From Myxococcales bacterium (lineage in GTDB: Bacteria; Myxococcota_A; Polyangia; Polyangiales; Polyangiaceae), in contig JADKKK010000003.1 in NCBI GenBank assembly GCA_016720545.1, positions 473,516 through 537,515 on the forward strand: 64,000 nucleotides of DNA, in the 5' to 3' direction. This document shows, one piece after another, positions 19,328 through 29,376 of the stretch. Positions within the stretch are counted from its first letter, which is position 1; each line of letters begins with the position of its first letter. The notes under the pieces are model-generated. The model was not told where the DNA came from, did not search any database, and saw only the letters and a program-made list of their open reading frames with translations. The translations under genes were made by a program, and so were the position numbers.

Positions 19328-19407
19328 CCGATCACCGCGGCGCTTGCGCGGGCAGCGCGGTTGGTCTATTCCCTGCTCCCCCTTTCCTCTCCTCCTTGGA
19401 GCCTGCC

Positions 19408-19527
19408 ATGTATCTCGTCCTCTCGAAGAAGCCCCGTAAGACCAACCGCACCAAGACGAAGCGCTTTCGCGCCAAGCTGAAGGCGAAGGATCGCGGGCGT
19501 CGCGCGCGCATCTACCAGGGCGAGTAG
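19408..19527 (+). CDS. Putative small highly basic protein (39 aa): MYLVLSKKPRKTNRTKTKRFRAKLKAKDRGRRARIYQGE.
   Basis: Not on the track. GGAG 7 nt upstream of the ATG. High GC3. Confidence 0.35.
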   Translation: MYLVLSKKPRKTNRTKTKRFRAKLKAKDRGRRARIYQGE

Positions 19528-19595
19528 CCTTCCGCGCCGCCAAAGGCGCCGCGTCGAACTTCAGGGTGCTCGCTCTCCGGCGGGCGCCCTGTTTT

Positions 19596-19678
19596 CGTCT
19601 CCCCTCCCCCTCTCCCCAGTCCCTCACCCCTCTCCCTCTCCGTCTCCCTCTCCCTCTCCCTCTCCCTCTCCCTCTCGC
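19596..19678. repeat. (TCTCCC)n hexanucleotide microsatellite, about 10 units with 1-2 variants.
   Basis: Read directly: ctctccctctccgtctccctctccctctccctctccctctccctctcgcgc. Confidence 0.65.
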
Positions 19679-20038
19679 GCGGGAGCACCGAGCGTGGGTG
19701 GGGCCCTCGGCCGCGGGTGGGAGGATCCGCCTGTCCGAGGTCGTCGTTCTCGCGCGGCCACACGGACCACCCAGCCCCGGACCGCGATCACGCCCCGCTC
19801 ATCGCGCGGAACGACGCCGAGTTGCGGAGCAACTGTCTTTCTGCCGGGGGTGAACGATTTTTTTCGGGGGGCGATTTGGGGCGTGGGACGGCTACCGCGC
19901 CGACGGGCGACTTCGCGCGGGGCGGCGCGTAGGCGGCTTGCTTGCTCGTCGTCGGGGTGCCCTGCGGGCGGACCCGGGACCCCGCCGCCCGAGCCCGAGG
20001 GCGAGAGGGAACCTGCGTTCGTTCCTTCGTCGCAGCCC

Positions 20039-20347
<309 letters not shown>

Positions 20348-20491
20348 TCAAAGATAGCTCCGGACCGAGATACAAGGGGCCCTCCCGCGGACGAGGGCCC
20401 CACCCACGCGGGTGGCACCGCGCGCTCCCCCACCCGTCCCCGCGCACCGCGCGCACCTCCCCCCGCACCGCACCCCCGCGCCCCCAGCCCG

Positions 20492-21196
20492 CTACGCGAG
20501 CCCCACAAACAGGTTCTGCACGTCGTCGTCGTCGTCGAGCGCCGCGAGGAACGCCTCGACCTCGGCGCGCGCGGCGTCGTCGAGCGTGGCGGCGCTCACC
20601 GGGTTCTTCGGCCGCCACACGAGGGAGAACTTGGCGACGGAGAAGCCCCGCTCGGCGAGGGCCTTCGCCACGGCGTCGACCTCGGCCGGGCTCGTGTAGA
20701 AGCTCGTCGCGCCGTCTTCGGCGGGCTCGAGATCGTCCGCGCCGGCCTCGAGCGCGGCCTCCTCCGGGTCGGCGCCGGCGGGCGCTGTGGCCTCGACGTG
20801 GCCCACGCGCGCGAAGTCCCACGAGACGGCGCCCGAGGCCGCCAGCTGGCCTTTCTTGAACAACATCCGCACGTTCGCCGACGTTCGATTTTTGTTGTCG
20901 GTCAGGCACTCGACGATGACCGGCACCTGGTGTGGGGCGAACCCCTCGTACGTGACGCTCTCGTAGACGGCCGCTCCGTCGAGGAGCCCGGCGCCCTTCT
21001 TGATGGCGCGCTCGATGGTGTCGCGGGTCATCGACTGCTTACGCGCGGCCTCCACCGCCATGCGCAGGCTCGCGTTCGCCGCGGGATCGGCGCCGCCGCG
21101 CGCGGCGATGGCGATCTCCTTCGCCAGCTTGGTGAAGATCTTCCCCTTCGCGTTGGCGGCTGCCTCGCGATGCTTCTGCTTCCACTGTGCGCCCAC
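20492..21196 (-). CDS. yebC: YebC/PmpR family DNA-binding regulator, about 234 aa.
   Basis: [67 protein letters not shown] matches the YebC N-terminus. Start set at a GTG (VGAQWKQKH). Confidence 0.8.
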   Translation of the reverse strand: MGAQWKQKHREAAANAKGKIFTKLAKEIAIAARGGADPAANASLRMAVEAARKQSMTRDTIERAIKKGAGLLDGAAVYESVTYEGFAPHQVPVIVECLTDNKNRTSANVRMLFKKGQLAASGAVSWDFARVGHVEATAPAGADPEEAALEAGADDLEPAEDGATSFYTSPAEVDAVAKALAERGFSVAKFSLVWRPKNPVSAATLDDAARAEVEAFLAALDDDDDVQNLFVGLA

Positions 21197-21231
21197 GGAG
21201 CGCCGTCTAGCACATCGAGGGAGCCGCCGCG

Positions 21232-22074
21232 CTAAGCGGTCGCGCCGAAGAGCCTCGCGCGCGCGCGGTCGATCATGCCCATGGCCGCGTGCGCCTTCGT
21301 GTCGTCGCGCACCGCGAGGCCGACCCGCCGCATCCACGCGAGCTCTTCGGGGTCGAGCGGGCCGCGGTCGAGCGCGTCGAGCGCGGCGTCGAGCTCGCGG
21401 CCGTCCTTCGGGCCCGCCAGCGTGGCGTGCACGTGGGGGCTCGTGAGCGCGAACCGGTAGCAGTCGCTCGCGCTGGGGACGCGCTCGCCCGGCGGGACGA
21501 GCCGCGGGTTGAGCAGCGAGCCCCACCGCGTCGCGGTGAACGCGAGCACGCCGGGCGACGCGTCGAGGTTCGGGAAGACCTCGCGCTCGGCGCCGGGGTG
21601 CGCGGCGTTGTAGCGCACCATCACCCCGTCGACCCCGTCGAGCTGCGCCATGCGCGGCAGGAGCGTGCGCTCGTGCGACGAGATGACAATCTGCTTGACC
21701 ATTCCGCGCTCGCGCAGCGCCAAGGCGGCGTCGAGGATGCGGCGCGGCGGCAGCTCGTTCCACCAGCCGAGGCTGAGCACGTCGACGTAGTCGGTGCGGA
21801 GCGCGCGCAGCGCCAGCAGGACTGAGGGCCGCATGAGGAAGCCGAGGCGCGTGTAGCTCTGGATGGCGAGCACGACCGAGCCGCGGTCGCGCGCCGCGAG
21901 GCGCCGCAGGCCCGCGCCGAACGACCGGCGCCGCCGCAGCCCCCAGAAGAAGAAGTTCACCCCGCGCTCGTACGCGCGCTCGAGATCTTCACCGCCGACG
22001 CCGTAGCTCGAGGCGATCGCCACGCGGCTCACGAGCGGCCCGCCCGCCCCGAAGGGCACTCGTTCGAAGGTCAT
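21232..22074 (-). CDS. Aldo/keto reductase.
   Basis: Typical aldo/keto reductase sequence ([14 protein letters not shown]...[12 protein letters not shown]...). Confidence 0.8.
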   Translation of the reverse strand: MTFERVPFGAGGPLVSRVAIASSYGVGGEDLERAYERGVNFFFWGLRRRRSFGAGLRRLAARDRGSVVLAIQSYTRLGFLMRPSVLLALRALRTDYVDVLSLGWWNELPPRRILDAALALRERGMVKQIVISSHERTLLPRMAQLDGVDGVMVRYNAAHPGAEREVFPNLDASPGVLAFTATRWGSLLNPRLVPPGERVPSASDCYRFALTSPHVHATLAGPKDGRELDAALDALDRGPLDPEELAWMRRVGLAVRDDTKAHAAMGMIDRARARLFGATA

Positions 22075-22084
22075 GGCGTGCTCC

Positions 22085-22897
22085 TCACGAGGCCCGATCC
22101 GAGGCGGGGAGCGCCTTCAGGGCCGGAGTGAACCGGTCCATGACCCAGCGCGTGGTCCCGGGGAACCACCGGCTGAGCGCGCCCGAGCGCGGGTAGATCA
22201 CGCGGGCGGTCTTGCGCTCGATCGCCAGCCGAACGAGGCGCGAGAGCTCGGCCTCGGTGCCCGTGGGGAACGCCGAGAGCAGCTTCGACTCCTCGAACTT
22301 GTTCATCGCCGCCTGCGCCATCTCGGTGGAGGCGATGATGCCGGGGTACACGGTGACCACGTGCACGCCCGTGCCGCGCAGCTCGCCGCGCAGCGACTCC
22401 GAGGCGGCGGCGAGGCCAGCCTTGGCCGCGTTGTAGTGGGTCATCCCCGGGGTGGGCGCGAGGGCGGCCATCGACGCAACGTCGACGATCGTGCCGCTCC
22501 CGCGGGCCAACATCGCGGGCAGCACGGCCCGCGTGAGGCGCAGGGGCACGAGGAGATCGACGGCCAGGAGCGCGTCGGCCTCGTCGGGATCGACCGTGGC
22601 GGTAGGCGCCACGATCTGCACGCCCGCGTTGTTCACGAGCACGTCGACAGGTCCGAGCGCCTCCTCCGCGGCGGGGAGCCACCCCGCGGCGTTCTTCGCG
22701 TCCGAGAGATCCCACGGCGCCACGTGCACGCGCGCGCCTGCGCTCCCCGCAGGCGTGGCCTGGGCCAGCTCGGCGGCGAGGGCGCGGAGGCGGTCCTCCC
22801 GCCGCGCGACGAGCGTGAGGGAGTGGCCGTGCTTCGCGAGCTCGCGGGCGAGAGAGGCTCCGATGCCAGACGAGGCTCCAGTGATGGCGATGTGCAT
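22085..22897 (-). CDS. SDR-family short-chain dehydrogenase/reductase.
   Basis: TGASSGIG Rossmann motif, NNAG, and the YxxxK catalytic pair (YNAAK). ATG at 22897 checked on the sequence, with an upstream GGAG. Confidence 0.85.
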   Translation of the reverse strand: MHIAITGASSGIGASLARELAKHGHSLTLVARREDRLRALAAELAQATPAGSAGARVHVAPWDLSDAKNAAGWLPAAEEALGPVDVLVNNAGVQIVAPTATVDPDEADALLAVDLLVPLRLTRAVLPAMLARGSGTIVDVASMAALAPTPGMTHYNAAKAGLAAASESLRGELRGTGVHVVTVYPGIIASTEMAQAAMNKFEESKLLSAFPTGTEAELSRLVRLAIERKTARVIYPRSGALSRWFPGTTRWVMDRFTPALKALPASDRAS

Positions 22898-23005
22898 GTG
22901 AGGCTCCGAGGTGGAGGTGCGTGGTTCGAGCGTTGTGACTGTTTTGGTTTTTTGGTCAGCGCGACGCATGATGAAGTCGAAGTGCGCGGCGCGAAGAAGA
23001 CGGGC

Positions 23006-23587
23006 TTAGCGCGCGCAGAGGCCGTGGAGGACGAGGTCGAGCCCGACGCGGACGCGCGCCTCGACCTCCCGGGCGCGCGAAGGGCTCCCCTCGAGGCCGC
23101 GGTAGGCGGCGAGCTGGAAGTCTTGGAGGAGGCTGGCGACGGTGTCGATCTCGAGGTCGGCCCGAAAGAGCTCCTGGCGGACGCCGATGCGGAGCACCTC
23201 GACCACGTTCGCGCGACCGACCTCGCGGAGGCCTTCGAGGCGCTCGGACCAGTCGGGCAGGGCGCGCAGGGTCTCGCCGAGCAGCAAATCGAGCACCAGC
23301 GGGTGCCGCTCGACGTGCTGCATCGCCGTGGTGAGGAGCGTACCCAGGAGCTGGTCGGCGGGCACCCGGGGGTCGATGGTGCGCGCGCACTCCGACTGCC
23401 ACGCGCGGACCTCGCGGTGGAGCACCTGGTAGAAGAGGTCCTCCTTCGAGTCGGCGGCGAGGTAGACGGTGCCCTTGCCCACGCCTGCCTCGCGCGCGAT
23501 GTCGTCGATGGACGCCTTCTTGAACCCGAAGCGCGAGAAAGCGCGGGCGGCCTGGAGCAGAATGCAGTCTTTCTTGGCGGCGTCCAA
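23006..23587 (-). CDS. TetR/AcrR family transcriptional regulator.
   Basis: HTH motif (ILLQAARAFSRFGFKKASIDDIAREAGVGKGTVYLAADSKEDLFYQVL). Divergent from the GNAT gene. Confidence 0.8.
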   Translation of the reverse strand: MDAAKKDCILLQAARAFSRFGFKKASIDDIAREAGVGKGTVYLAADSKEDLFYQVLHREVRAWQSECARTIDPRVPADQLLGTLLTTAMQHVERHPLVLDLLLGETLRALPDWSERLEGLREVGRANVVEVLRIGVRQELFRADLEIDTVASLLQDFQLAAYRGLEGSPSRAREVEARVRVGLDLVLHGLCAR

Positions 23588-23591
23588 CGAG

Positions 23592-23614
23592 TGACTGATA
23601 TAGTTCTCCAGTCA
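23592..23614. promoter_or_regulatory. Inverted repeat TGACTG-N11-CAGTCA in the TetR/GNAT divergent intergenic region, a candidate operator.
   Basis: Read directly. It sits 5 nt upstream of the TetR start on the minus strand. Confidence 0.3.
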
Positions 23615-23662
23615 GTCCTGTCAAGGCGGCCCGGGTCGGTGATCCGGGGGTAGCCTCAGGCG

Positions 23663-24634
23663 ATGGCCCCCGAGCTCCAGACCCCGCGCCTCGTCCTCCG
23701 GCCCCCCGACGCCGGCGACGCCGACGCCTTCTTCTCCATGTGCTCCGACCCGGCGGTGATGGAACACTTCCCGGCGACGCTCACGCGGACGGAGAGCGAT
23801 GCCCTGCTCGGGAGGATCCAGGCGGGCATGACAGAACGAGGGTTCGGCGTGTGGGCCGTGGTCGTGCCCGAGGTCACGCCGTTCGCGGGGCTCGTGGGCC
23901 TCTCTGTGCCCGGGTTCATCCCCGGGATAGAGCTCGCGTGGCGGCTCGCCGTGCCCTTCTGGGGCCGCGGCTACGCGCGCGAGGCGGCCGGCGCGGCCAT
24001 CACCTTCGCGTTCGAGACGCTCGACGCCGCGCAGCTCGTGGCCTTCACCACCCCCATGAACCGCCGCTCCCTGCGGGTGATGGAGGCGCTCGGCATGGAA
24101 CGCGACGAGGCCTCGGACTTCGACCACCCGCGCGTGGCGCCGGGCCACAGGCTACGGCGCCACGTGGTCTATCGCCTCGCGCGTCAGCCTCGCCCGCCGA
24201 GCGAGCCCGACCGCAGCGCGAAGGGTGTCGCCGCGCGGTTCGCCGCCGCGCTCGACGCCGACGCGTTCGAGGTCGTGAGGCCGCTCTTGGCGCCCGAGTG
24301 TGTGTACGAGGTGCGCGGCGAGACGCTCGTCGGGCGCGACGCGATCCTTCGCTCGTACGCGGCGGCCTCGCGGGCGGGGCGGCGCAGGTTCGACCACGTG
24401 ACCTACGCGAGCGCGGTCGAGGACACCGAGGTCGGCGCGCTCGTGCGCTTCGTCGACGTGCTCGGGCTCGGCGGGCGCGAGCACCGCCATACGTCCCACC
24501 AGCACCTGACCCTCGGGCCCTCGGGGAGCCGCGTGACGCGCATCGTACACGAGGACCTGCCCGGAGAGCGGGAGGCCCTCGCGGCCTTCGAAGCGGCCGG
24601 GGTCGCCGCGCGCGGCGGCGATCTCAGCGGGTGA
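23663..24634 (+). CDS. GNAT-family N-acetyltransferase (RimJ/RimL-like) fused to a C-terminal ~140-aa SnoaL/NTF2-like domain.
   Basis: The N-terminal ~180 aa have the GNAT A/B motifs (VGLSVPGFIPGIELAWRLAVPFWGRGYAREAA). Confidence 0.7.
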   Translation: MAPELQTPRLVLRPPDAGDADAFFSMCSDPAVMEHFPATLTRTESDALLGRIQAGMTERGFGVWAVVVPEVTPFAGLVGLSVPGFIPGIELAWRLAVPFWGRGYAREAAGAAITFAFETLDAAQLVAFTTPMNRRSLRVMEALGMERDEASDFDHPRVAPGHRLRRHVVYRLARQPRPPSEPDRSAKGVAARFAAALDADAFEVVRPLLAPECVYEVRGETLVGRDAILRSYAAASRAGRRRFDHVTYASAVEDTEVGALVRFVDVLGLGGREHRHTSHQHLTLGPSGSRVTRIVHEDLPGEREALAAFEAAGVAARGGDLSG

Positions 24635-25124
24635 GCTTCCCGATGATGTCGGCGTGCTGAGGGAACCGCGCGAGGAGGGCCGCGCGGTCGTCCATCACGA
24701 AGTCGGCGAACTCGAAGCCCGGCGACACCGTGCAGCCCACGAGGGCGTAGGGCGCGTCGCCCTCGGGGTAGCTGCCGAACACGCGCCCGTGCGGCACCAC
24801 GTGGAAGGGCCGCTCGCCGCGCGCGTAGTCCTTGCCGAGCAGCAGATCCCGACGCTCACCGGCCGCGTCGATCGTGACGACGCGGAGGGCGCCGCCGTCG
24901 TAGTGGTGCCAGCACTCGTCGCTCGCGATGGTGTGGAGCGACGAGAACGTGCCGTGCGGCACCATGAAGTAGATCGCGGTCGAGAAGCTGCGAGCGGCGG
25001 GGAAGCGGCCAGGGAGCGCGCCCTGCGCGACGCCCTCGGTCGCGCGGTAGACCTCGCGGTAGAAGCCACCCTCGGGGTGCGGCGCGAGCTCGAGCTCGGA
25101 GACGAGCAGGTGGGCGGGGAGCAT
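24624..25124 (-). CDS. Cupin-domain protein (DUF985-like).
   Basis: HPEGGFYREVY...SAIYFMV...HHYDGG cupin pattern. Internal ATG (MLPAHLL) chosen. Confidence 0.6.
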   Translation of the reverse strand: MLPAHLLVSELELAPHPEGGFYREVYRATEGVAQGALPGRFPAARSFSTAIYFMVPHGTFSSLHTIASDECWHHYDGGALRVVTIDAAGERRDLLLGKDYARGERPFHVVPHGRVFGSYPEGDAPYALVGCTVSPGFEFADFVMDDRAALLARFPQHADIIGKLTR

Positions 25125-25314
25125 ACGTGAAGAGTACACGGAATCGCAGGCGTGCGTCACGCCACGGCGGGCGGGCCGACGCGCAGCGCGAGGCGGCCGG
25201 GGAGCGGCAGCGCTCCCACGCCTAGAAGCGCGGTTGGATCACGCGGGTGGCGCGCACGAATCTCATCGTGACGGTAGCAGGAAGGCGCTCTCACCCCCTG
25301 TTGGGCGGCCTTGG

Positions 25315-26430
25315 TCAGCCGAGGATCTCGAGCAGCGCCTGCACCGACGCGTTGATCTCTTCGTCGCGGATTCCGTAGAAGAGCGGCAGGTTGACCACGC
25401 TCTTGCAGAGGGCGCGCGAGTGCTCGAGCGTGCCGAACGGGATGGCCACGCCCTTCGTGGGCGGCTGCGCGTCCATGGGCTCGGGGTAGGTGCGGGCGGC
25501 GCCGATGCCCTTCGCCTTGAGCGCGTCGACGATCTCCTGGCCGCCGCGGCCCTGCACCGTGAACACGTTGAGGTAGCCGTTCTCGACCACGCCCGCCGGG
25601 GGGCCGTACACTCGCAGCTTGCCGTGGCTCGAGAGGCGCTCGCGGTAACGCTCGGCGGCAGCGCGGCGCGTGGACACGATCTCGGGGGCGAGCTCGAGCA
25701 CGGCGTTCAAGAACGCCGCCTGCACGCCGCCCATGCGCGAGTTCCAGCCCACGTGAGCGTAGGCGTAGTGGTCGGCGCGGCCGTGGTTGCAGAGCGAGCG
25801 CACGAGCTTCTCCTGCTCGGCCGTCTGGAGGGTGATGGCGCCGCCGTCCATCGCGCCGCCGATGACCTTCGCCGGGTAGAACGACAGCGTGCCTACCGTG
25901 GCCTTGGAGAGCACCGGCTCGCCCGCGACCTCGACACCGAAGCACTGCGCGCCGTCCTCGAGGAGGCCGATGTTGCGCTCCGCGCAGAACGCGCGGATGT
26001 CGGCGAGGCGGGCCGAAGCCCAGCCGTAGAGGTGCACGAGCGCCACGGCCTCGAAGCGGTGCGCCTCGTGGGCCTTCTTCAGCTCGTCGAAGCTGAGCTG
26101 GAGATCGTCGGGGTCGATGTCGACCAGCACCGGGATGGCGCCCAGCACGGCGACCGCCTCGTACGTGGCCCAGAACGTGAGGTTCGGGACGGCGACCTTC
26201 GTGCCCGCCTTCACGCCGAGCGCCTGGAGCCCGACGATGAGCGCGTCGGTGCCGTTGGCGCACGACACGGTCCGCGGCACCGCCAGGATCTTGGAGAGGT
26301 TCTGCTCCACGCGCGCGACGCCGGGGCCACCGACGAACTCGCAGCGATCGAGGCAGCCCTTCCAGGCGGCGTGGACGTCGGCGGAGACTTTCTGGGTAAC
26401 GCGGGAGAGGTCGATGAAGGGTACTTGCAC
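25315..26430 (-). CDS. DegT/DnrJ/EryC1/StrS-family PLP-dependent sugar aminotransferase (ArnB-like).
   Basis: Full-length match including the PLP-Lys region (SFYPAKVIGGAMDGG) and the N-terminal FIDL...VSCANGTDAL. Confidence 0.9.
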   Translation of the reverse strand: MQVPFIDLSRVTQKVSADVHAAWKGCLDRCEFVGGPGVARVEQNLSKILAVPRTVSCANGTDALIVGLQALGVKAGTKVAVPNLTFWATYEAVAVLGAIPVLVDIDPDDLQLSFDELKKAHEAHRFEAVALVHLYGWASARLADIRAFCAERNIGLLEDGAQCFGVEVAGEPVLSKATVGTLSFYPAKVIGGAMDGGAITLQTAEQEKLVRSLCNHGRADHYAYAHVGWNSRMGGVQAAFLNAVLELAPEIVSTRRAAAERYRERLSSHGKLRVYGPPAGVVENGYLNVFTVQGRGGQEIVDALKAKGIGAARTYPEPMDAQPPTKGVAIPFGTLEHSRALCKSVVNLPLFYGIRDEEINASVQALLEILG

Positions 26431-26575
26431 GAGGCGCTCCTTAGCATGGGGCGGCGGCGGCGCGCGAGGTGGCCGCCCACGGCTTCATTGAAAAAGGGTG
26501 GGGTCGGCGGCTTCGTTGCTCCCGGGGCCACCGGCGTTCGAGCGCTCCATGGGGCGCCACAAGAAAGAGCGTCTT

Positions 26576-27283
26576 ATGCTACGAGTTCGCGCCATGGGCG
26601 AGTCGTACGATCCGCAGAACGAGGCCGAGTTCGACGCCCACGCGGGCACCTACGCCGAGCTTCACGCCTCAAGCGTGAAGGCGAGCGGCGAGGACCCTGC
26701 GTACTTCTCGGAGTACAAGCAGAAGTGGCTTGAGCGCATGTTTAGCGCCGATCCGCGGCCGGTGCTCGACTTCGGGTGCGGCATTGGCAACCTCACGCAC
26801 CTGCTCGAGCGCTCGTTCCCTGTCGTACACGGCTTCGATCCCTCCAAGAAGAGCGTCGAGATGGCCCGCGAGCGCGCGCCTGGGGCCACCTTCTTCGACG
26901 ACAAGGCGGGCCTCCCTCGAGACACCTACGGCACCATCGTGCTCGCCAACGTGCTCCACCACGTGCGGCCGTCGGACCGCGCCGATCTCGTGGGCGAGCT
27001 CGCGAAGCTCCTCGCCCCGGGCGGGCGCCTCGTGATCTTCGAGCACAACCCTCTGAACCCCGTCACGGTGAACGCCGTGCAGGCCTGCGCGTTCGACGCT
27101 GACGCCGTGCTCCTCTTCCCGTGGGAGGTGACACGCCTGCTCGACGGCGCCGGGCTGACGAAGCGCAAGCTCGACTTCATCGTCTTCTTCCCGCGCCAGC
27201 TCGCGAGGCTTCGCCCGCTCGAGCCCTTCCTCGCGCGCGTCCCCGTTGGCGCGCAGGTGTGCGCGTGGGCCGAGCGGCGCTGA
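26576..27283 (+). CDS. Class I SAM-dependent methyltransferase.
   Basis: SAM-binding motif I (VLDFGCGIGNL) and post-I (VHGFD). Confidence 0.7.
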   Translation: MLRVRAMGESYDPQNEAEFDAHAGTYAELHASSVKASGEDPAYFSEYKQKWLERMFSADPRPVLDFGCGIGNLTHLLERSFPVVHGFDPSKKSVEMARERAPGATFFDDKAGLPRDTYGTIVLANVLHHVRPSDRADLVGELAKLLAPGGRLVIFEHNPLNPVTVNAVQACAFDADAVLLFPWEVTRLLDGAGLTKRKLDFIVFFPRQLARLRPLEPFLARVPVGAQVCAWAERR

Positions 27284-27346
27284 AGAATCGGCGGCGTGAC
27301 CTTCGAGCGACCCCGCGGATCCCGGGCGGCTGCGAGCCGCGCGCGC

Positions 27347-28531
27347 TCAGCGGTTCTTCTTGGCCAGGTCGGCGAGGCCGGCCGGCGCGGGCACGCCCAT
27401 GACGGTCTTGGCTTCTGCGTCGGCGTTCGCGTCGGTCACGACGCGCGCCTTCGAGGGCTCGGGATCGTCGATCGACTCGACGGACTGCTCGCCGAGGTAG
27501 GTGTGATCTTCACCGTCGGCCGTGTCGTCGGTGACGACCCGGGTGGCGGGCGGGTACATCGAGCTCGCCACGTCGAGCTCGCTCGTGTCGGGCGAGAGCG
27601 GCATGTTCTGCGTCTCGCGGAGCACGTAGAGCGGGCGCGCCTTCACCTGCTCGTAGATGCGACCCACGTACTCGCCGAGAATGCCAATCATCAGCAGCTG
27701 CACGGCAGCGAGCAGCGACACGAGCACGGTGACGGCGGTCCAGCCCGGGACGGTCGCGTCGAAGACGAACTTCGCGAGGACCGCCCACGCGGCCACGCCC
27801 ACGGCGCCGACCGCGATGATCGCGCCCGCATAGGTGGCGAGGCGCAGCGGCAGGACGCTGAAGCTCGTGATGCCGTCAGCCGCGAACTTGAGCATCTTTC
27901 GCAGCGGGTATTTGGTCTCGCCCGCGAAGCGTCCCGCGCGGTCGTAGAGCACCGCGGTCTGCTTGAAGCCGACCCAGGAGACCATGCCGCGCACGAACCT
28001 GTGCACCTCGCGGAGCTCGCGGAGGGCCACCACCACGCGGCGGCTCATGAGGCGGAAGTCGCCGGTGTCGAGCGGCACCTCGATGGGGATCATCGCCGCG
28101 AAGAGCCGATAGAACCAGCGCGCGGTGAGCAGCTTGAACCACGTCTCGCCCGCGCGACTGCGGCGCTTGCCGTAGACGACGTCGTAGCCTTCGCGCCACT
28201 TCGCGACCATTTCGGCCACGACCTCGGGGGGGTCCTGGAGGTCGGCGTCCATGACCACGACAGCCTCGCCGCGCGCGTAGTCGATTCCGGCGGTGATGGC
28301 GACCTGGTGGCCGAAATTGCGAGCAAAGCTCAGCACTTTGTAGCGAGGCTGCGCGCGCGCCATGTCGCGCAGGAGCCGGAGCGAGTCGTCCTTCGAACCG
28401 TCGTCGACGAAGATGACCTCGGTGTCGGCGGGCAGCTGCCCCATGAACTCTGTGAGACGCGCGCGGAGCTCCGGGAGGACCTCGGCCTCGTTGAAGATCG
28501 GGAGCACGAGGCTGAGGGTCGGTCGCTTCAT
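27347..28531 (-). CDS. GT2-family polyprenol-phosphate glycosyltransferase (ArnC/DPM1-like) with C-terminal TM helices.
   Basis: SLVLPIFNEAEVLPEL, DDGSKDDS, and a DAD-type motif (VVMDADLQDPPE). Two C-terminal TM segments. Confidence 0.85.
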   Translation of the reverse strand: MKRPTLSLVLPIFNEAEVLPELRARLTEFMGQLPADTEVIFVDDGSKDDSLRLLRDMARAQPRYKVLSFARNFGHQVAITAGIDYARGEAVVVMDADLQDPPEVVAEMVAKWREGYDVVYGKRRSRAGETWFKLLTARWFYRLFAAMIPIEVPLDTGDFRLMSRRVVVALRELREVHRFVRGMVSWVGFKQTAVLYDRAGRFAGETKYPLRKMLKFAADGITSFSVLPLRLATYAGAIIAVGAVGVAAWAVLAKFVFDATVPGWTAVTVLVSLLAAVQLLMIGILGEYVGRIYEQVKARPLYVLRETQNMPLSPDTSELDVASSMYPPATRVVTDDTADGEDHTYLGEQSVESIDDPEPSKARVVTDANADAEAKTVMGVPAPAGLADLAKKNR

Positions 28532-28617
28532 CGAGGCGAGTGGGGTCCTAGCACGAAGTCTGGGGAATTCGGGGCGGGTTTCCTTGAGAACCGCCGCGCA
28601 GGCGGTAGGCTGAGCGC

Positions 28618-29343
28618 ATGAGAACCGATTCCGCAAGAGCTCGCGCGGCGCTCATCACGTCAACCCTCGCGGCGGCGACCGCCATGCTCGTCGGCGCGTG
28701 CGACGGCTTCGTGAAGATCGACGACCCGAGCGACGCGGGCGGCGGGGCCGACGCGCAGCTCCCGCCCCCGGGGGCCGACGCGACCCCCACGGCGGACGTC
28801 GGCGCGCCCGACACGCTCCCGCCGCCGCCGGACGCGACCTCCGACACGCTCCCGCCGCCGCCGGACGCCGGCCCCGACGCGACCCCCGACGCCGCGCCGG
28901 ACGCCACCCCCGACGCGACCCCCGACGCGACCCCCGACGCCGCGCCGGACGCCACCCCCGACGCCGCGCCCCCGGCGTGCACGCGGAACCCGGTCGCCGG
29001 CCAACCCTGCGGGCCGGGCGCCACCGCGTGCGGCGAGGTCGACATCTGCTGCAATGGCGGGGACAAGTTCCGCTGCACGGCGGGGATGTGGGAGCGCTAC
29101 CCCTCCGGTATCCTCTGCCTCTTTTGCGCCGCCACGCCCTGCGGCACGCAGCGCTGCCTCGGTAGCCAGTATTGCCTCGAGCGCGACGACGTCGGCGGCA
29201 CCGTCCACACCTGCGTCGACTACCCAGCGGCCTGCTCCGACAGCTGGACGTGTGGCTGCGTCGCGCCGCTCGTGCCCTCGTGCCCCGGGGCCACGTGCAA
29301 GGCCACCCCAGCCCATCACCTCACCATCGCCTGCCCGCCCTGA
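28618..29343 (+). CDS. Lipoprotein with a (PDAT/PDAA)n tandem repeat and a C-terminal Cys-rich domain.
   Basis: Lipobox LVGAC. A 12-nt tandem repeat encodes PDATPDAAPDATPDATPDATPDAAPDATPDAAP. The C-terminal domain has 19 Cys. Confidence 0.65.
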   Translation: MRTDSARARAALITSTLAAATAMLVGACDGFVKIDDPSDAGGGADAQLPPPGADATPTADVGAPDTLPPPPDATSDTLPPPPDAGPDATPDAAPDATPDATPDATPDAAPDATPDAAPPACTRNPVAGQPCGPGATACGEVDICCNGGDKFRCTAGMWERYPSGILCLFCAATPCGTQRCLGSQYCLERDDVGGTVHTCVDYPAACSDSWTCGCVAPLVPSCPGATCKATPAHHLTIACPP

Positions 29344-29376
29344 CCTCTTGCCCGATGCCGCGCGGACTCGGTCCGT

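Noticed and set aside
17911-19335. 474-aa minus ORF antisense to mglBA
   Set aside because: mglA and mglB are unambiguous on the plus strand, so the antisense ORF is a GC artefact.
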